DNA from: a virus
Taxonomy: Duplodnaviria; Caudoviricetes
IMG/VR virus record: IMGVR_UViG_3300020442_003920
Coordinates: 1-25,943 of that record
Length of the DNA: 25,943 nt
Reading direction: 5' to 3' (one strand)
Position 1 is the first letter of the stretch. Each line of letters starts with the position of its first letter. Position numbers and translations under genes: made by a program. The notes beneath the pieces were generated by a model, which saw only the letters and a list, made by a program, of their open reading frames with translations, was not told the origin of the DNA and did not search any database. Shown here piece after piece: positions 9,101-20,900 of this stretch.

Positions 9101-10346
9101 AATATGACATTCCAAGAGTTGGAGAACCATAAACATTCTCCACTTGAATATTGTTTCCAATTCTAACTGGAACACCAATATTCTCTTTTGATCTAGTAGT
9201 TCTTGGTTTTACAACATCGATTGAAGATGTTGAAACTTTATCAATTTCATATCCCCTTACATATGCTTTACCAGGAGATACTTGAAGTGTAAAAATTTCA
9301 TCTGATGGCGTATTGCCATTTTGAGTTAATTGAGTTGGAAGATATATTCCGTTATTGCCAACTCTATCATTTAGAGATTCTCTAATATCAACAGAAAATG
9401 GTTTGATATAATAATCTCCAGATTCATCATATGTTCTTCTTGCAAGTTCATCTTTGAAGATGTTATAATCTGTTTTATTGACAATCTTTTCTACAACTCC
9501 ATTTTCAACACGGAGAAGTTCTACAAAATTAACATCATTGTTATCATCTAATGACTTCTTAGTTAAAGTTGCGGTCAGTTTAAATCTATCAGCTCCAGGA
9601 GCAGACTCATTTGAAAAACCTTGTGCGTTATCATAAAGATCAGGATATTCTGAAGATGCTGTTACAATTTCCTCTTTAATGAGAAGACCAACTTTATAGG
9701 ATGGTTTATCAGAGTATTGATCAAGAACTACAGTAGATGTAGGTGTTTTTACAAAATAACCTCTAATAAAAAATACTCCTTCACTTAAAGATGCAGAAGA
9801 ACCAATTTTTGTTGACTCAGAAACAATACATCTAGCAAACAAATTATTTGCTGCAATCGTAGTAGATGAGAAATTAATATCAGATAAAGTAATTAGATTT
9901 TCACCATCTTGGAATATTTTTGATTCTCCGTCAGTTCCAGAACCACTGTACTTGACATACAAAGTATCAAATCCATCCTCAGATTCAATTGCAGTCAGTC
10001 TGTTTACTACAGTTGCTTTTACACCAGAAGTTTCTCCTTGAATTTCAATCTTATTATCGACAAGATACTTTGTATAAGAAGAAACAGGAATATCCAAGAA
10101 AGTTGGATCAATTCTTACTGCAAAGTAACTGTTATCATAAAAAATTCCACCTGGAATAACTACAGATCCTTCTTTAAAGAAGTGTTGTCCAAACTTTTCA
10201 ATCTGTCCCTGAAGAATAGATTGAAGTGTAGTTAATTCTCTAGACTGGATTGGAAATCCAGGTTTGAACAGAACCTTATTATAGTTCTTGTCTTCATTAA
10301 AATCATCAAAATATGGAGAGACATTTAAATTGGTGTTCTGGGTCAT
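3096..10346 (-). CDS. vrlC: Large VrlC-like/DUF4815 virion structural protein (2416 aa)
   Basis: N-terminus TNLNVSPYFDDFNEDKNYNKVLFKPGFPIQSRELTTLQSILQ; motifs APGADRFK, LARRTYDESGDY, PGKAYVRGYE, FKSGFFVDNF, DPLAQSF, GSLFKSQN..TW; C-terminus PRIKNFRAVAL. Lies directly after gp8, as in cyanomyoviruses. Confidence 0.85.
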   Translation of the reverse strand: MTQNTNLNVSPYFDDFNEDKNYNKVLFKPGFPIQSRELTTLQSILQGQIEKFGQHFFKEGSVVIPGGIFYDNSYFAVRIDPTFLDIPVSSYTKYLVDNKIEIQGETSGVKATVVNRLTAIESEDGFDTLYVKYSGSGTDGESKIFQDGENLITLSDINFSSTTIAANNLFARCIVSESTKIGSSASLSEGVFFIRGYFVKTPTSTVVLDQYSDKPSYKVGLLIKEEIVTASSEYPDLYDNAQGFSNESAPGADRFKLTATLTKKSLDDNNDVNFVELLRVENGVVEKIVNKTDYNIFKDELARRTYDESGDYYIKPFSVDIRESLNDRVGNNGIYLPTQLTQNGNTPSDEIFTLQVSPGKAYVRGYEIDKVSTSSIDVVKPRTTRSKENIGVPVRIGNNIQVENVYGSPTLGMSYFVDLRDERLANTGLPTAGNVIGKARVYDYNQKSISGVGTSRYDLKLFDIQTFTNVTVGFALTAQNAAHVKGKFSGATGITNAAVSNATLLKLTDVSGQFQLNEPIEIDGLDVGRNITALSDHDISDVKSIGRTVGLSTFAANTALISDKKSFTESSQFSITSGGAATSPSVSNFSSLVKVGDIVRYSKPSGTLPTFNRVASGVDSGTLSLVAVPSVAGVCDGTLPGTTITVTDFDVIVPFLEKADDAGKIISLQNPFVSSINLLDSNYIVRKQITGNVTGTSFSFNINDLGDNDLILEPFTENNYILTWQTGEKELIRSSQVTITADLKQITIINLSRTGNATLTVTAKRTKLTSKVKTVTRCSDLIIDRSQNAGAGIGSTTFNDGLTFSAVYGTRVQDDTISLNVPDALEILGIFESNDTANPDLPSIVVSSQSDTFTNNVIIGETFIGSSSGAVARVVSIVSGTQLDFVYENDKTFELEEQIALSESGITAILNTVNIGDRNITSNYIFDDGHREEFCDFARITRKSDAPEPTRKIRIIFDFFSTDESTGTVESVNSYNSLDYKSQIPLVLDKRASDFIDLRPRIDAYDPSTSTDSPFSFESRLFTSTRSETAVTNKTIVLDYEYYLGRIDRLYLTKEGAFELKEGEPSEYPKAPVANSEGFEVGVISMQPYMSNATYDSQLRMISHKRFTMRDIGGLEHRVKNLENYTTLSLLETDTKNLSIKDPNTGLDKFKSGFFVDNFRNHESHNLEGDSFFDIDMERGECRPRSTERNVALQFETVSTAADPVNADYRWAEDFADSNVTRNGTGLTLAFEEVTFVEQPLATRTENLNPFHIALFAGAIELNPASDFWIEEVVLPTPDIVRVDSVFNGMADLLGVEDRENGGMSASFWNSAEQTWTGREVVDEQVTDTELDRQRVRSRIQRRGGRPPIRRVTTDNVTLQRERLQTIQETGTERTFGFQLSAGEERISLGERVVGVDVVHNCRTRNLEVVAKRLKPNTRYYVFMENVDMNEYATPKELKVEMVRGSFKTGDIVDNVGGYKSGSASIRFRLATHDHEEGPFNKPAKKLANKSSSYSGTSTELNLDLPGLASQVRPDHLGYVKKGMSLVNLTGTAEAKVTGTDLVTDQKGELRFSLHIPDPKIASNPKFTTGTNTIRLTTVASNPAKLDPGESSAETDYVATGYARNVQEQTLSIKTPEVERRQIGTDQPVSRITQDFTRETITQEQTTFGAWYDPLAQSFLVDTDGKSDGVFITGGDLYFKTKDNTIPVTVQIRTMRDGTPTTTVVPFGQVNIEPSDIKTSDDGSVATNFKFNSPVYLQSGYEYSLVLIAPTEKYLTFITRMGEEDLLLKAVYNRQPYLGSLFKSQNQSTWTPSQLEDLKFKLNKAKFVTNTPSSLIFYNSELPLGRIRKNNPVTAYSKRQRVSIADTTTTFVAGNEIRQGANSGKIVSVGGPLGLNTNSLTLTSAGIGLTNGTFTGVEFTSLTGVGSSVVATVVVGGGAVSSINVTSAGSGYAVGDLLLANPIGATGSGVRVTVGIVSTTNLLIVDDVDSNISAGVAYTYFNSAGVGANMTAPTAVTNDAIRDGVTMLFDHHNHGMHASTNKLRVYDVQSDVKPTTLTAAVDDNTNNIIKVADGSAFATFEGSPVGSANTGYLLINKEIISYETISGNDITIKNRVVDSSIKSNHARNTNVFKYEFNSVSLLKINREHNIDPREKTFNSYHVRLVDTSKSFGTTRAGGGNNVQVSQNIPFEYINPSFNMVNPSGTTVSARIKTTSGTSISGSEASFQDLGYEPVTLNKLNRLDSPRIVASKVNESGLLGGNKSFALEFLMQTSNPDVSPLLDLETTNIIAVSNLVNSKVSDYETDARVRTPGADPNAGIYETKKIQLEFTSNSLFVQFDGHREASADIRVFYKLFRKDMDDALQAYIPFNSDGSSDKVVNPNESENGFSEYKFTAENTPQFNGFMIKVVMTSTNQAQAPRIKNFRAVALRSFSTDE

Positions 10347-10350
10347 GTTC

Positions 10351-11919
10351 TTAGAACTCTACTACGATTTTTACTTCTTCTTTTTGTGATGAGGACCTAG
10401 TGATTGGTGCTCTATTGTCAATGTAAATAATTTCACCTGAATATCTTTCAACATCTGGATTTGCTTTTCCTAAGCTGAAAGTTTGTCCCAATTCAATAAA
10501 TTTACCACCAACAGTTATGGTGTTTTGATTATCAAATGCAATATCAGGTATCAATGCGTTTCCAGTTACTGTTGTACAAGTGATTGTATTTGCAGCACCA
10601 ACAAAATCAAGGAGTTTGTATCCATTATTTGCAATAGTCGATAAACCAACTGGTTGATAGTATTTTAATACTCCAGTGGTTCTATTCCATGATGCAACAT
10701 AACCAACCGCAGTAGAACCAACACCAACTGTTTGTCTTATCTCTGCATTTACTGGATATAAAGTGTCGGCTGTATTTCCAGCACCAACTGGTCTCAGTTT
10801 TAATGCACCAAGATTAGTTGCGGTAGAAGTATTTATCAACTGTGTCTGACTTCCATGTACACGAGGATTCTTTACAATACCTACTCTTGAGAAAGTATTT
10901 CCGATCACATAATCAGGGTCTGCATCATACTTTGAATAAACCATGACTCTGTATGCACCAAGTTCACGGTAGATGTCATTTCCATGACCACCTTTTGGGG
11001 GAACTGGTACTTCAAATAACGCTCCAGAACCAGATGTTACTGGAGTTGATCCACCCGATGTAGTACTAAAGTTTAATAATGCTTTTGTATATCCTGTTCC
11101 ACCACTTGTAACTACAACAGAAGTTACTTCTCCTCCAGTAATTGTTACTGAAGCAAGTCCACCACTTCCATCACCAAGAATAGGAACATTGGAGACTGTC
11201 CCAGTGGTTGCACCACCCTGTAGGACATATCCAGATCCTCTTGACTTAATTACTGTGGTTTCAATTTTGCCTTCTATTGAAGCATTTTTGATTGATGCTG
11301 TATTAACATCTCCCCAATTTCTTGGAACTGGAATATATTTCTCTGTAGTAAATTTAATGATATCCGATGGAGGAATCGTAAATAGATATTTCCACAAGTA
11401 ACCATCTGAACCATTGCCTGCAACTTGCGGAACTGTATCTACAAAATTTGGTTCGTTTAGTGATTTCTGACCAGTTGGATAATCTGGATTTGATCCATTA
11501 TTTAAGCAAAGATAAACTTTATACTCAGAGTTTACAACATAAAAACGAGACTCGTACAAAGTCTTTGAACTTGTCTGAGGTGCTGCATTATATACATCAT
11601 AGTTGTTTCTATACATGTCATAAGTAATACCTGAAGTCCAATCGATTCTAGGAACTACTCTTGCAACATCATTTGTTGTGACTCTTTTTAAAAAGAGCAT
11701 AGAGTCATGATATGAATCCTCCTGTTCAAAAGAATCTTTTGGTTCTGGGGGATTTGTTGACCAATCATTCGTTCCATAATTACCAATATCTGTATTGCTT
11801 GGATCTGGATGACCCAAGAAAGTGTAATAATAATTAGCGGTTGTACCAATACCCGTCAAACTTTTTGAAAAAGTTTCCGCATTCAATATTCTAAATTGAT
11901 CAGTGATTATGGCAGGCAT
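10351..11919 (-). CDS. gp8: Baseplate wedge protein gp8 (522 aa)
   Basis: MPAIITDQFRILNA..., RVVPRIDW, FYVVNSEYKVYLCLNN, DGYLWKYLF, PPKGGHG..IYRELGA, C-terminus SGEIIYIDNRAPITRSSSQKEEVKIVVEF. Follows gp7. Confidence 0.92.
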   Translation of the reverse strand: MPAIITDQFRILNAETFSKSLTGIGTTANYYYTFLGHPDPSNTDIGNYGTNDWSTNPPEPKDSFEQEDSYHDSMLFLKRVTTNDVARVVPRIDWTSGITYDMYRNNYDVYNAAPQTSSKTLYESRFYVVNSEYKVYLCLNNGSNPDYPTGQKSLNEPNFVDTVPQVAGNGSDGYLWKYLFTIPPSDIIKFTTEKYIPVPRNWGDVNTASIKNASIEGKIETTVIKSRGSGYVLQGGATTGTVSNVPILGDGSGGLASVTITGGEVTSVVVTSGGTGYTKALLNFSTTSGGSTPVTSGSGALFEVPVPPKGGHGNDIYRELGAYRVMVYSKYDADPDYVIGNTFSRVGIVKNPRVHGSQTQLINTSTATNLGALKLRPVGAGNTADTLYPVNAEIRQTVGVGSTAVGYVASWNRTTGVLKYYQPVGLSTIANNGYKLLDFVGAANTITCTTVTGNALIPDIAFDNQNTITVGGKFIELGQTFSLGKANPDVERYSGEIIYIDNRAPITRSSSQKEEVKIVVEF

Positions 11920-11937
11920 GTCGAGCGTTTTTTTGAT

Positions 11938-11945
11938 TATTTATA
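11938..11945 (-). promoter_or_regulatory. T4-type late promoter TATAAATA
   Basis: Perfect TATAAATA in the gp7-gp8 gap, 18 nt upstream of the gp8 ATG. Confidence 0.85.
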
Positions 11946-11951
11946 TTGAAT

Positions 11952-14900
11952 TTAGTAAGATACTTTTAATTGTAGAAGTCTAGACACATGTGCTGATGTT
12001 TCAATACCAGCGATTCCATTTTGATTGTAGAAAGTAAATGACTTAGCAGTAGCTACAGATCTAGTTCCTGTATTTATGGTGCCCCAACTATATGTACCAA
12101 AAGTTCCAGAATTTGGTTGATTTGCAGTATTAATTCCTGCAAGAGACTTAACATTAGCAGATACACGAATTGTTGAAGTTCCAGCTCCAATAGAAGTAAC
12201 TTTACTTGCATAATAAACATTATCAACAAAATTAGTACTAATAGCAACAACAGAATTCACATCACCTATGATTGATGTAACTCCTGCACCAAGAGTAGTA
12301 TTTCTAATTACAAAATAGTCTCCTGTAGTGATACCTGGTCTTGAAACTGTACCTGCACCTCCACCACTATCATAAATCACATCACTTGGTCTTAAGTCAA
12401 ATTCAATCATAGGTGTTGTAGTGTTGATACCACTGGTACTAGCACCAATGCTAACAATCACACCATAATCACCAGAATAAGTAACATTCTTAAATTCTTC
12501 TACAACTACTGTAGTTCCAACACCAACGACTCTGACATCATTCAGTGTTTGACCAAGATTGTCTACATTCTGGAATGCCCAAGAATCATTGATGTACATC
12601 TTAGTAGAAGTTTCATCGAAAGGAGCAATAAGATTACTTGCTGGGAAGTATTGTGGTTCAAGATAATCTCTATCTTTGGAGATAATGATACCATCAATAA
12701 TTAAGTCAGAAGTCTGCTTAGTCCACTCTACGGGTCTCTTAAATGTAGAATCAGTTACAATACCAACACCACCATATGTTTCGGTTTCTACAGTATCAGC
12801 AGCGATCAATTCATAGATAATTCTTTGATCCTGCGAGAAAATGTTACCTTGTCTTTGCAATCTAAGTCTATCGCCAGGTTTGATAGATTGATCGACATCA
12901 ATTTCTCTAAAGTCAGAAGCAGAACCTGTATAGAAATAAATTTTAAACTTACTTCCAAATTTTGGTGCTTCTCTAAATTCTAATCTTGTGCCACTAGTAA
13001 ACACATAATCTATATTTGGTTTTTGAAGAACATCATTCAGGAATATCAAAAGATTATTAGCGAGAATAATTCCAGAACCTTGTTGTGCCACAATACTATA
13101 ATATTCTTTATTAGTTTTGGTTCTAGTAAGTAAGAATGATTTTTTGAAACCGTTAAATTGATTACTAAAGTCATCCAATTCAAGAAGTTGTCCAAATGCC
13201 CAACCTGCAAATTTATCTTGATACTTATTGACAACAGTTACCACAAAATTGCTTGTTCCGATACCTACAGTGTTGAATGGAAGACCAGATAATGTGAGTA
13301 CATCATTAACTTCATAACCAGATCCTCGATCTGACATTTTGAAATTAACAATACTTCCCCCAGTACCAACTACAACATCCATCTTAGCACCTGATCCATT
13401 TCCACCAACAAGATCTAAGTTTGTATATGGTGCAGGGGCATCTATAGTCACTAAAGGTGGATTGGCAGCACTATATCCAGATCCACTAGTTGCAATAGTG
13501 AACGAGGTTACGACTCCAGCAAATACATTTGCAATCACAGACGCACCAATACCAACTCCAAGAGTATCTGCGATAGAAACTCTTGGGGCGCTCAGATAAC
13601 CAGATCCACCAGTAGAAAGACCAATAGACTGAATTGAACCACTGGAAACAGATGCTACTGCAAGTGCTTGTCTTGGAACTTGATATCCACTACCAATACC
13701 AACTGAGAACTCATTAATAATCCCTCCCTTTGGCAAATCTCCATTTGGTCCAGTTCCAGTGAAGTTAATTGTTTGCCCAACACCAGTCAATCTGTAATCT
13801 GAATTTTGAATAGATCCAACATCACCAAAGAATGGTTTTTGGAAGATATTATCAATAAGAATAGCACCAAATGCGGAACTAATTCCAGTAACTGTTTGAC
13901 CATTTTCTTGGAGATCAAACTGATTTGTAGATCCATCAAACTCCTCAGAAATATCATCAAGAATCTTATTTGTGGTGTAATCTAATCTATAGTATGCTCT
14001 ACCTGAGAATGTAGATCTAGTAGTCAAACTTCCAATGCCAGTTGGACCATAAGGAACATCGGTGAAGTAGAGTTTACCGTGATCAATTCTATAATCACCA
14101 GAAAGAACTGTAGTTGCAGCACCTACAGTATGTGCAGCAGCAACTGTTCCCATTTGTCCACGAATGACAGCAAGTCTGTTTGTCAATCCAACTCCAACTA
14201 ATTGAACTTTTAATATTTCATCTTCAATCTTGATAAGAGACTTACCTTTGATATTTGAGATATCATTTACTGTTACTGTGGTTGATCCGATTCCTACTGC
14301 TTGTGAAAGTCCGATACTTACATCTTTTCTGGCAACAGGACTTTGAATAATATTATCAACTGTGATAATTGATCTAGAAGTTGCAAGGTCACTTGGAACT
14401 GCAAGACTATGGGTAGATCCAATTCCAGTTACAGACATAAATGTAACTGCTGTTCCTGCAGATGCTTCAGACGAACCTATGGCAAGTTTGAATTGATCAT
14501 CGGTAACTTTTATAGCAAATACTGTACTAGGTAATTTGTCAGTTGCAGCAATACCAATTCCTGGTGAACTGGTAGTGTCAATTCCAATAGTTGTACCAGT
14601 ATTTTGTGACTTATTAGTTGGAGAATATAAAAGTCTTTCTCCAGTATTGAAATTATGACGAGGAATTGTTATAGTGTTGGTTGATGTATTGATAGATGCT
14701 GGATCAAATGTATGATAGAATACAGTGTCTCCACCAGTTGCTATTGAGAATGTTGACATTCCAACAATACCGCCACCAATACTTGTAGTATATCCAGTAA
14801 ACTGTGGACTGATGTCATCAATCATCAGAACCTTATTTGTGATTGATTCATTGTAGTCAGTGATTACTTTAGAATCAAATATGATGAACTTGGACAGATT

Positions 14901-17900
14901 TGCTACATTTGTATCTTCTGATGCAAGGTCATAGAACATTCTGGTATGTACAGATGCACTACTTGGAATTACAACATCAAGATCAAGTTGAGTATCTGTA
15001 ATGCTCATTCCAACTCTGGTTCCAGCACCATTAAGTACTTGAAGATCTGAGAAATTTTTATATCCAGAAGTATGATCTAAACTATTAACAGATTCTTTCC
15101 AGTGCTCATACGCAACTTCACCACGAATACTATATGCAAATCTTTGATAGTAATCACTATCATGAATGTGTTGAAGAGACGAATTTAACTTACCGATATC
15201 ATCTTTCCACTCACTTACATCTTCTACCGTACTACCAACATTTAGATCGAAATCAAACTCAAATACATCTTCAACGGTTGCTTTAAAGTTTCCAACTTGT
15301 CCTCTAATAATATCTCCTTTTTTGAAAGGTTCTGAAACTTTTTTAACTTTTAATGTTTCAGTTTGTGGATCCCATCCATTTAATGCGACAAGTCCAGATG
15401 CATCTCCATTGTTTACAATGATCTTCTCATTTTCTAAGAATTGAACTTTTTCAAATTCTGGAGTGAATACTGCTAACTCATCTGCTTTGATAACTCTACC
15501 AAATGAATTTGTTGCATCAAATGATCCTCCAGTAGATCCAATTCCTGCAATTGAATATGAAACACTTTCAGTTCCAGATATAGTGTTGATTCCAGTTACA
15601 GTAAAGTAACGATAGTCATAATCACTAGAATTGTAACCATCAGCAGAGTTTGTAATTTTGATATTCTCAACATAAATTTTATCATTAATTGCAAATGGGA
15701 ATGGATTTGCAGTAGTAAATCCAGCATTAGGTGCTCTAAGTGAAAGAGTATTTGTTGCTAAATTAGAAACAGCATTAGTTACTCTAACACCATTAGAGTT
15801 AACTGTTGGAACGATTCTAAGATCTTCATTCAAATTACTATCATTTGAAATAATTTCAACATCAAATACTGAATTACTCTGAAGAGTTGTTCTTGTTTGA
15901 ATATTTGAATTTCCAATAGCAACAACAATTGGAGCAGAAGTATAATTTCTTCCACCAGTAGTAATGCCAATTGACCTCAAAGTTAAAATATTTTTTAGTT
16001 TTAGGATTACATTAGAATCTGCTTTTGGTGCGAGAGTTTTATCCTCAAGAAACTCAATTCCCTGTTCAATTACTTTATCATCAATAATTTGACCAATCTC
16101 TGATGCATTGACTTTTAAGATTGCAGCAGATCCAGTAGTTGATGCTATTGATGTTACAATTGGGAGTCCTTTTAAATATTTTCCAGGATTAACAACTTTG
16201 ACTGAATGTATTCCTCCTTGTTCGAAAGAAGAACTTGTGGAGTAGAATGCACTGCTAAATCCTGCAGAAGTATATGAAGTTGTTTCCGCACTTCCAACTA
16301 AGGTGAAATTAAATGTGGTAGAACCGACTCCCGTAATTCTATGTTTTTTGTTATACTTGGATTCAACTACAGAAATATTTGAATAAAAATCTACATCAGT
16401 ATCGGCAGATGATGGATAAGTATTTGTATACTTTATTCCATCTCCTTCAATTCTGTAGAACAATTCTTTTGGAAGATTTTCTGAAACATCGATACTAATT
16501 ACTGTAGATGTATTTGAATTTCCAAATGTTCCAACTTTTCTAATTAAAGTAGACTCATATCTAGATTTGAATTCCTTATCAGTGTAGAAATTAATATCAT
16601 AATCGATAAGACTTGGATGGGAAGCAGCGATAGAAACTTTTCCACCCTTATAAAATTCTAATCTAGGATTAACCTTAGATATTTCATGTGTACCATGACC
16701 TTGATTAGAAATTGTAATATTATCATAAGGGAATTTTGAAATATCTGCTTTGCTATCAGATAATTTAATTTTATCATCAGATATTTTAATTACATAATAT
16801 TCTCTATTATTTTGTAATGGAGTTGCAATACCAACAGAGTTAGTATAGATTACAATATCTCCAGTTTCAAAATCATGCCCTTCAATAGTGATTTCTGATG
16901 TTGATCCAATAGCAACCGCAGTAGAAGCAAAAGATACAGGATTGACTACAAGTTTTTTCTGAACACTGTTAAATTTAAATGCATATTCCTGTGTTCTGCT
17001 AGGAGTTACATTCAGTCTAACTTCATCTTTTACTTTTAATGTATGCTGGGTATCAAGAACAACCTGTGCAGATACTTTTTTAGCAACAGCAGTAAGATTT
17101 TCTTTTTCTACCTCAAATGAATGATTAGTTCCATTTGAACCAGTAAAGTAAATGTAAGAAGAACTAGCGACTCCAGCCTTTGATGTCGTAATACCAACAA
17201 AGTCTTTTGCAAATTTTACCGTATATAAGGATGATGCAACATCATCAAGCAGGAAGGTATTAGTAAGAGCAAAATTTGGAGATGCAAAAATAGATCCACC
17301 AGCAGAAACATATTCTACTTTGTCGCCAGTCTTGAATCTATGATTTGGCAGATATATTGCTCTAGGAGGAATAGAAACTGTAACATTAGTGCTACCAGCA
17401 GTTCCAACTACTACAGAACTATATGTTGTTCCAATTCCAACAGATTTCGGTGCATCAAATGTTTGTTTGTACCCCAAATCAATATTTTTATTTTCTAACT
17501 TAGTTCCGAATTCAAATGTAAACCGTGTTGGAACTTTTTCTACTGCAACGCCATTATTATGAGCAGATGCCGTAGTATTATTATGTGATCTGGTAACTTT
17601 ATATTTGTTATTGACTATATCAACATTAGTAATCAACATTTGTTCATTACCAACTGTGATTACATCACCCTTACTAAATTTGCGGGTGATTGTAGATTCT
17701 GATAATTGAATTGAGGTAGAAAATCCAGTAACAGTAGTTGCAGCAATACCAGCGGAAAGTGTAGTAGAAACAGTAGTTATACCAACTGTTCTAAATCCTT
17801 CAATATTTTTATAAAGTGATGAAGAAATACCAGAAATTTCTACAATATCAGAATCTACAAATCCATGAGGTAATGTAGAAATTCCAGTTATTGTATTATC

Positions 17901-20900
17901 TTTAACAGATAAAATTATATTTTCAACTACGGAATCAGTTGTTGTTATTGAGTCAATATTTTTTCCAAGAATCTCTTCAACTTCAGCATCAATAGATGTA
18001 TCGGAAAGATTTATTTGTGCTCCAACTTTGTAATTTTTTCCAGAATTTTCTATAGTAATAGAATCAATTCTAGAACTCTTTACTGCAGATACTTCAACAT
18101 GTGATCTAGATTCTAAAATTTCGGACAGGAATGGATAATCTCTAGAAGGATCATTCAATCCTAAATGTGATATGTTTCTCTTGTAATCGCCACTATTCAA
18201 ATAGTTATCTAATTGATTTACTGACAAATTATAATTAAATTCATCAGAATGATTGTAATGAGATTTGGTAATATATGGATATGCAAGATTACCATTGACA
18301 TCTAATGTCGAAAAATATGCATATGTTCCATTAGGAAAATCTGAGTTTACAAGATATCTACCATTGTATTCATCAAGATCACCACTTGCCTTGTAAACAT
18401 AATCTTGTGCAAAATAACCATTTGTAAGACCAGGTGGTCTTAAACCTGGTATTGTAACTACATCTATTTCATAACTAGAATATATTTTCTTAATTCCACC
18501 AGTTCCAGTATTATCTGGAATTGCTTTTCCATTTCCATATGGACCATAAATTGGGTTTCCATCATATGCCCAACCAATGATTGGTGAATGTGAAAGACCA
18601 GTAGTTTTTTCTGCTAATACTCCACCACCCTGAGTAACAATGTTATCGCTAAGTAAATTTCTATAAAATTTACCTGGATAGAAAGAGACTAACTTATTTT
18701 GTCTTGATGATGAAGTTGATTTAGTTTGAACTAAATCTTTATACAAAACATTACTCAAGACATTTGAATATCTTTGAACATTATTGATTTTCCATTCATG
18801 AATTTCAGAATTTAATTTTACATCCTTTCCTGTTGGAATAACTTCAATAACCGTATCATCATCATATCCACTTCCCCCATCAATAATATTAATTGCAGTG
18901 ATTACACCATTAACAGTGGTTGCAGTCAGTTCTGCAAGTCTTCCCTTTCCAACAACTCTTACAGTTGGTGGTGTAGTGTATTCAGATCCTCCATCTGCAA
19001 TATAAATGCTTTGAATTTTTCCTGCAGAAACTAAAGGTCTAATATCAGCATCTTTTCCTGTAAGAACTTTTATTTGTGGAGTCTTATTGTAATTTACAAT
19101 ATTAGTTGAACCATATCCAATTCCACCAGAGCGTATAAAGACACTTTCAAGACCACCACGCACAACTGGAGTTGCAGTAGCATTGTAATATGAGGGAACA
19201 CTGGTAGTTTCTCCTACAGATACCAATCCATTTATTGTGACTACAATATCAGGATATTTGAAAGTATGTGTTCCTACTCCAACACTAGAAAGATCAGCAT
19301 ATATTTTATTATCATAATTTACACTAGTAATACTAGATGCCGTTCCCGCTTCACTTAATTTAAATCTATGATTATCTAATACAGTTACTTTATAGTATGA
19401 TGTTGTTGCTAATCCTGTTATAGGAGTTCCATCTACAGAATATACTACATTATCACCATTCTTGAACTTATGGTTTCTTGCATAGATGTAATTATTTGCA
19501 GTATTGACTCCAACAAAAGATGAGAAAATATTTTTTTGATCTGAAGGTGGCCAAGCAATACCATCAACAATTACTTTTTTGTTGGAAAAGTCATTACTAC
19601 TTTCATTTACAACAATTTTATCAATTACTTTTCTAATTTGTCTTGATCTCAGTGTATGGTCTTGATTACCAAAAGCATTGAAGTCAATCAGATTAGTTTT
19701 TGCTAAAGCATCTGCTTTTGAAGTTGCAAGAGAATATGATGTATTATCATGCTTTGCAATAAAGTAAGTTGCTCCAGATGAAAGTCTATCAGTAGAAAAA
19801 CCAACTGCAGTACTACCAATACCAACAGGTGTTCCACTAGCAACATATGTGACTTCTTCACCATCTAAGAACTTATGTTCATTTGTAATCGTTACTCTAT
19901 CAGTTAAGAGATTTACATTGAAATCTGTAAATGATGATGAATGAGTAAATCCTCTCAGTCTTGCTTCACAAACAGATGAAGAACCGTTTCCACCAGAAAT
20001 AGTTACAGATGGTGTTTCAATATAGTCAAACCCAGGATTTGTTAAAACAACCCCTTCTATTGATCCTTCAAAGTTTCCGTGAACTATTGATCCAGATCCA
20101 ATAGTATCTGCAACAGAAACTTGTGGTGCATTTATGATATCAAATTCAGATCCAGAATTTAAAATGTTAACTTGTTCAATTTGACCATAAAAAATTGCAT
20201 CTGAAGAAATTGGAGAATCAAACTCAACACCATTTAATGATACACCTACGGCACCTATAATATCTTTATGGTCTACTGCTGGTTTTGGTGTTTTATTAAT
20301 TTTTTTGAAATTATTTTGATTAATTAATGAAGAACCATGTAAAGATGATGGAGTTATACTTGTTTGGTTAACATAAACTTTTTCTCCATTCAAAAATCCA
20401 TGAGCATTGACATTAATTGAAGTGGTAGCAAATGATACATTTTCAATAGAAGATTGACTAAGTGCTAATCTAATATTGTTAGGGTCTACTACATGCACAT
20501 AGTAAGTTCCAGTGGCAACTCCAACAGTTGCTGCTTTAGAACGATTTGTAGTATCAACATCATATGAAGGATATCCAGAAAAAGCAACATATGTATTTTT
20601 ATCCTTATCTACAAAAGAATTTTGAATATTTGATAATACACCTTCACTTAAAAGATTTGTGGGAACAAAATTTAATTTTTTCTTGACAACATACGGAATA
20701 CCACTTTGTAATGTTCCAGAACCAATTTGAAATTCAAGTGAACTATTAACAGAAGTTACTTGAGCATTTAATACAACTGGACCTTTAGTTTCTTTTAAAA
20801 GAATATCAACTCTATCTCCAACATGCAGATAATGATTAACTTCAGTAGTGATAGAATTGGAAGCAGGAACTACAGAATCAACATTTGTAAATGATATATT

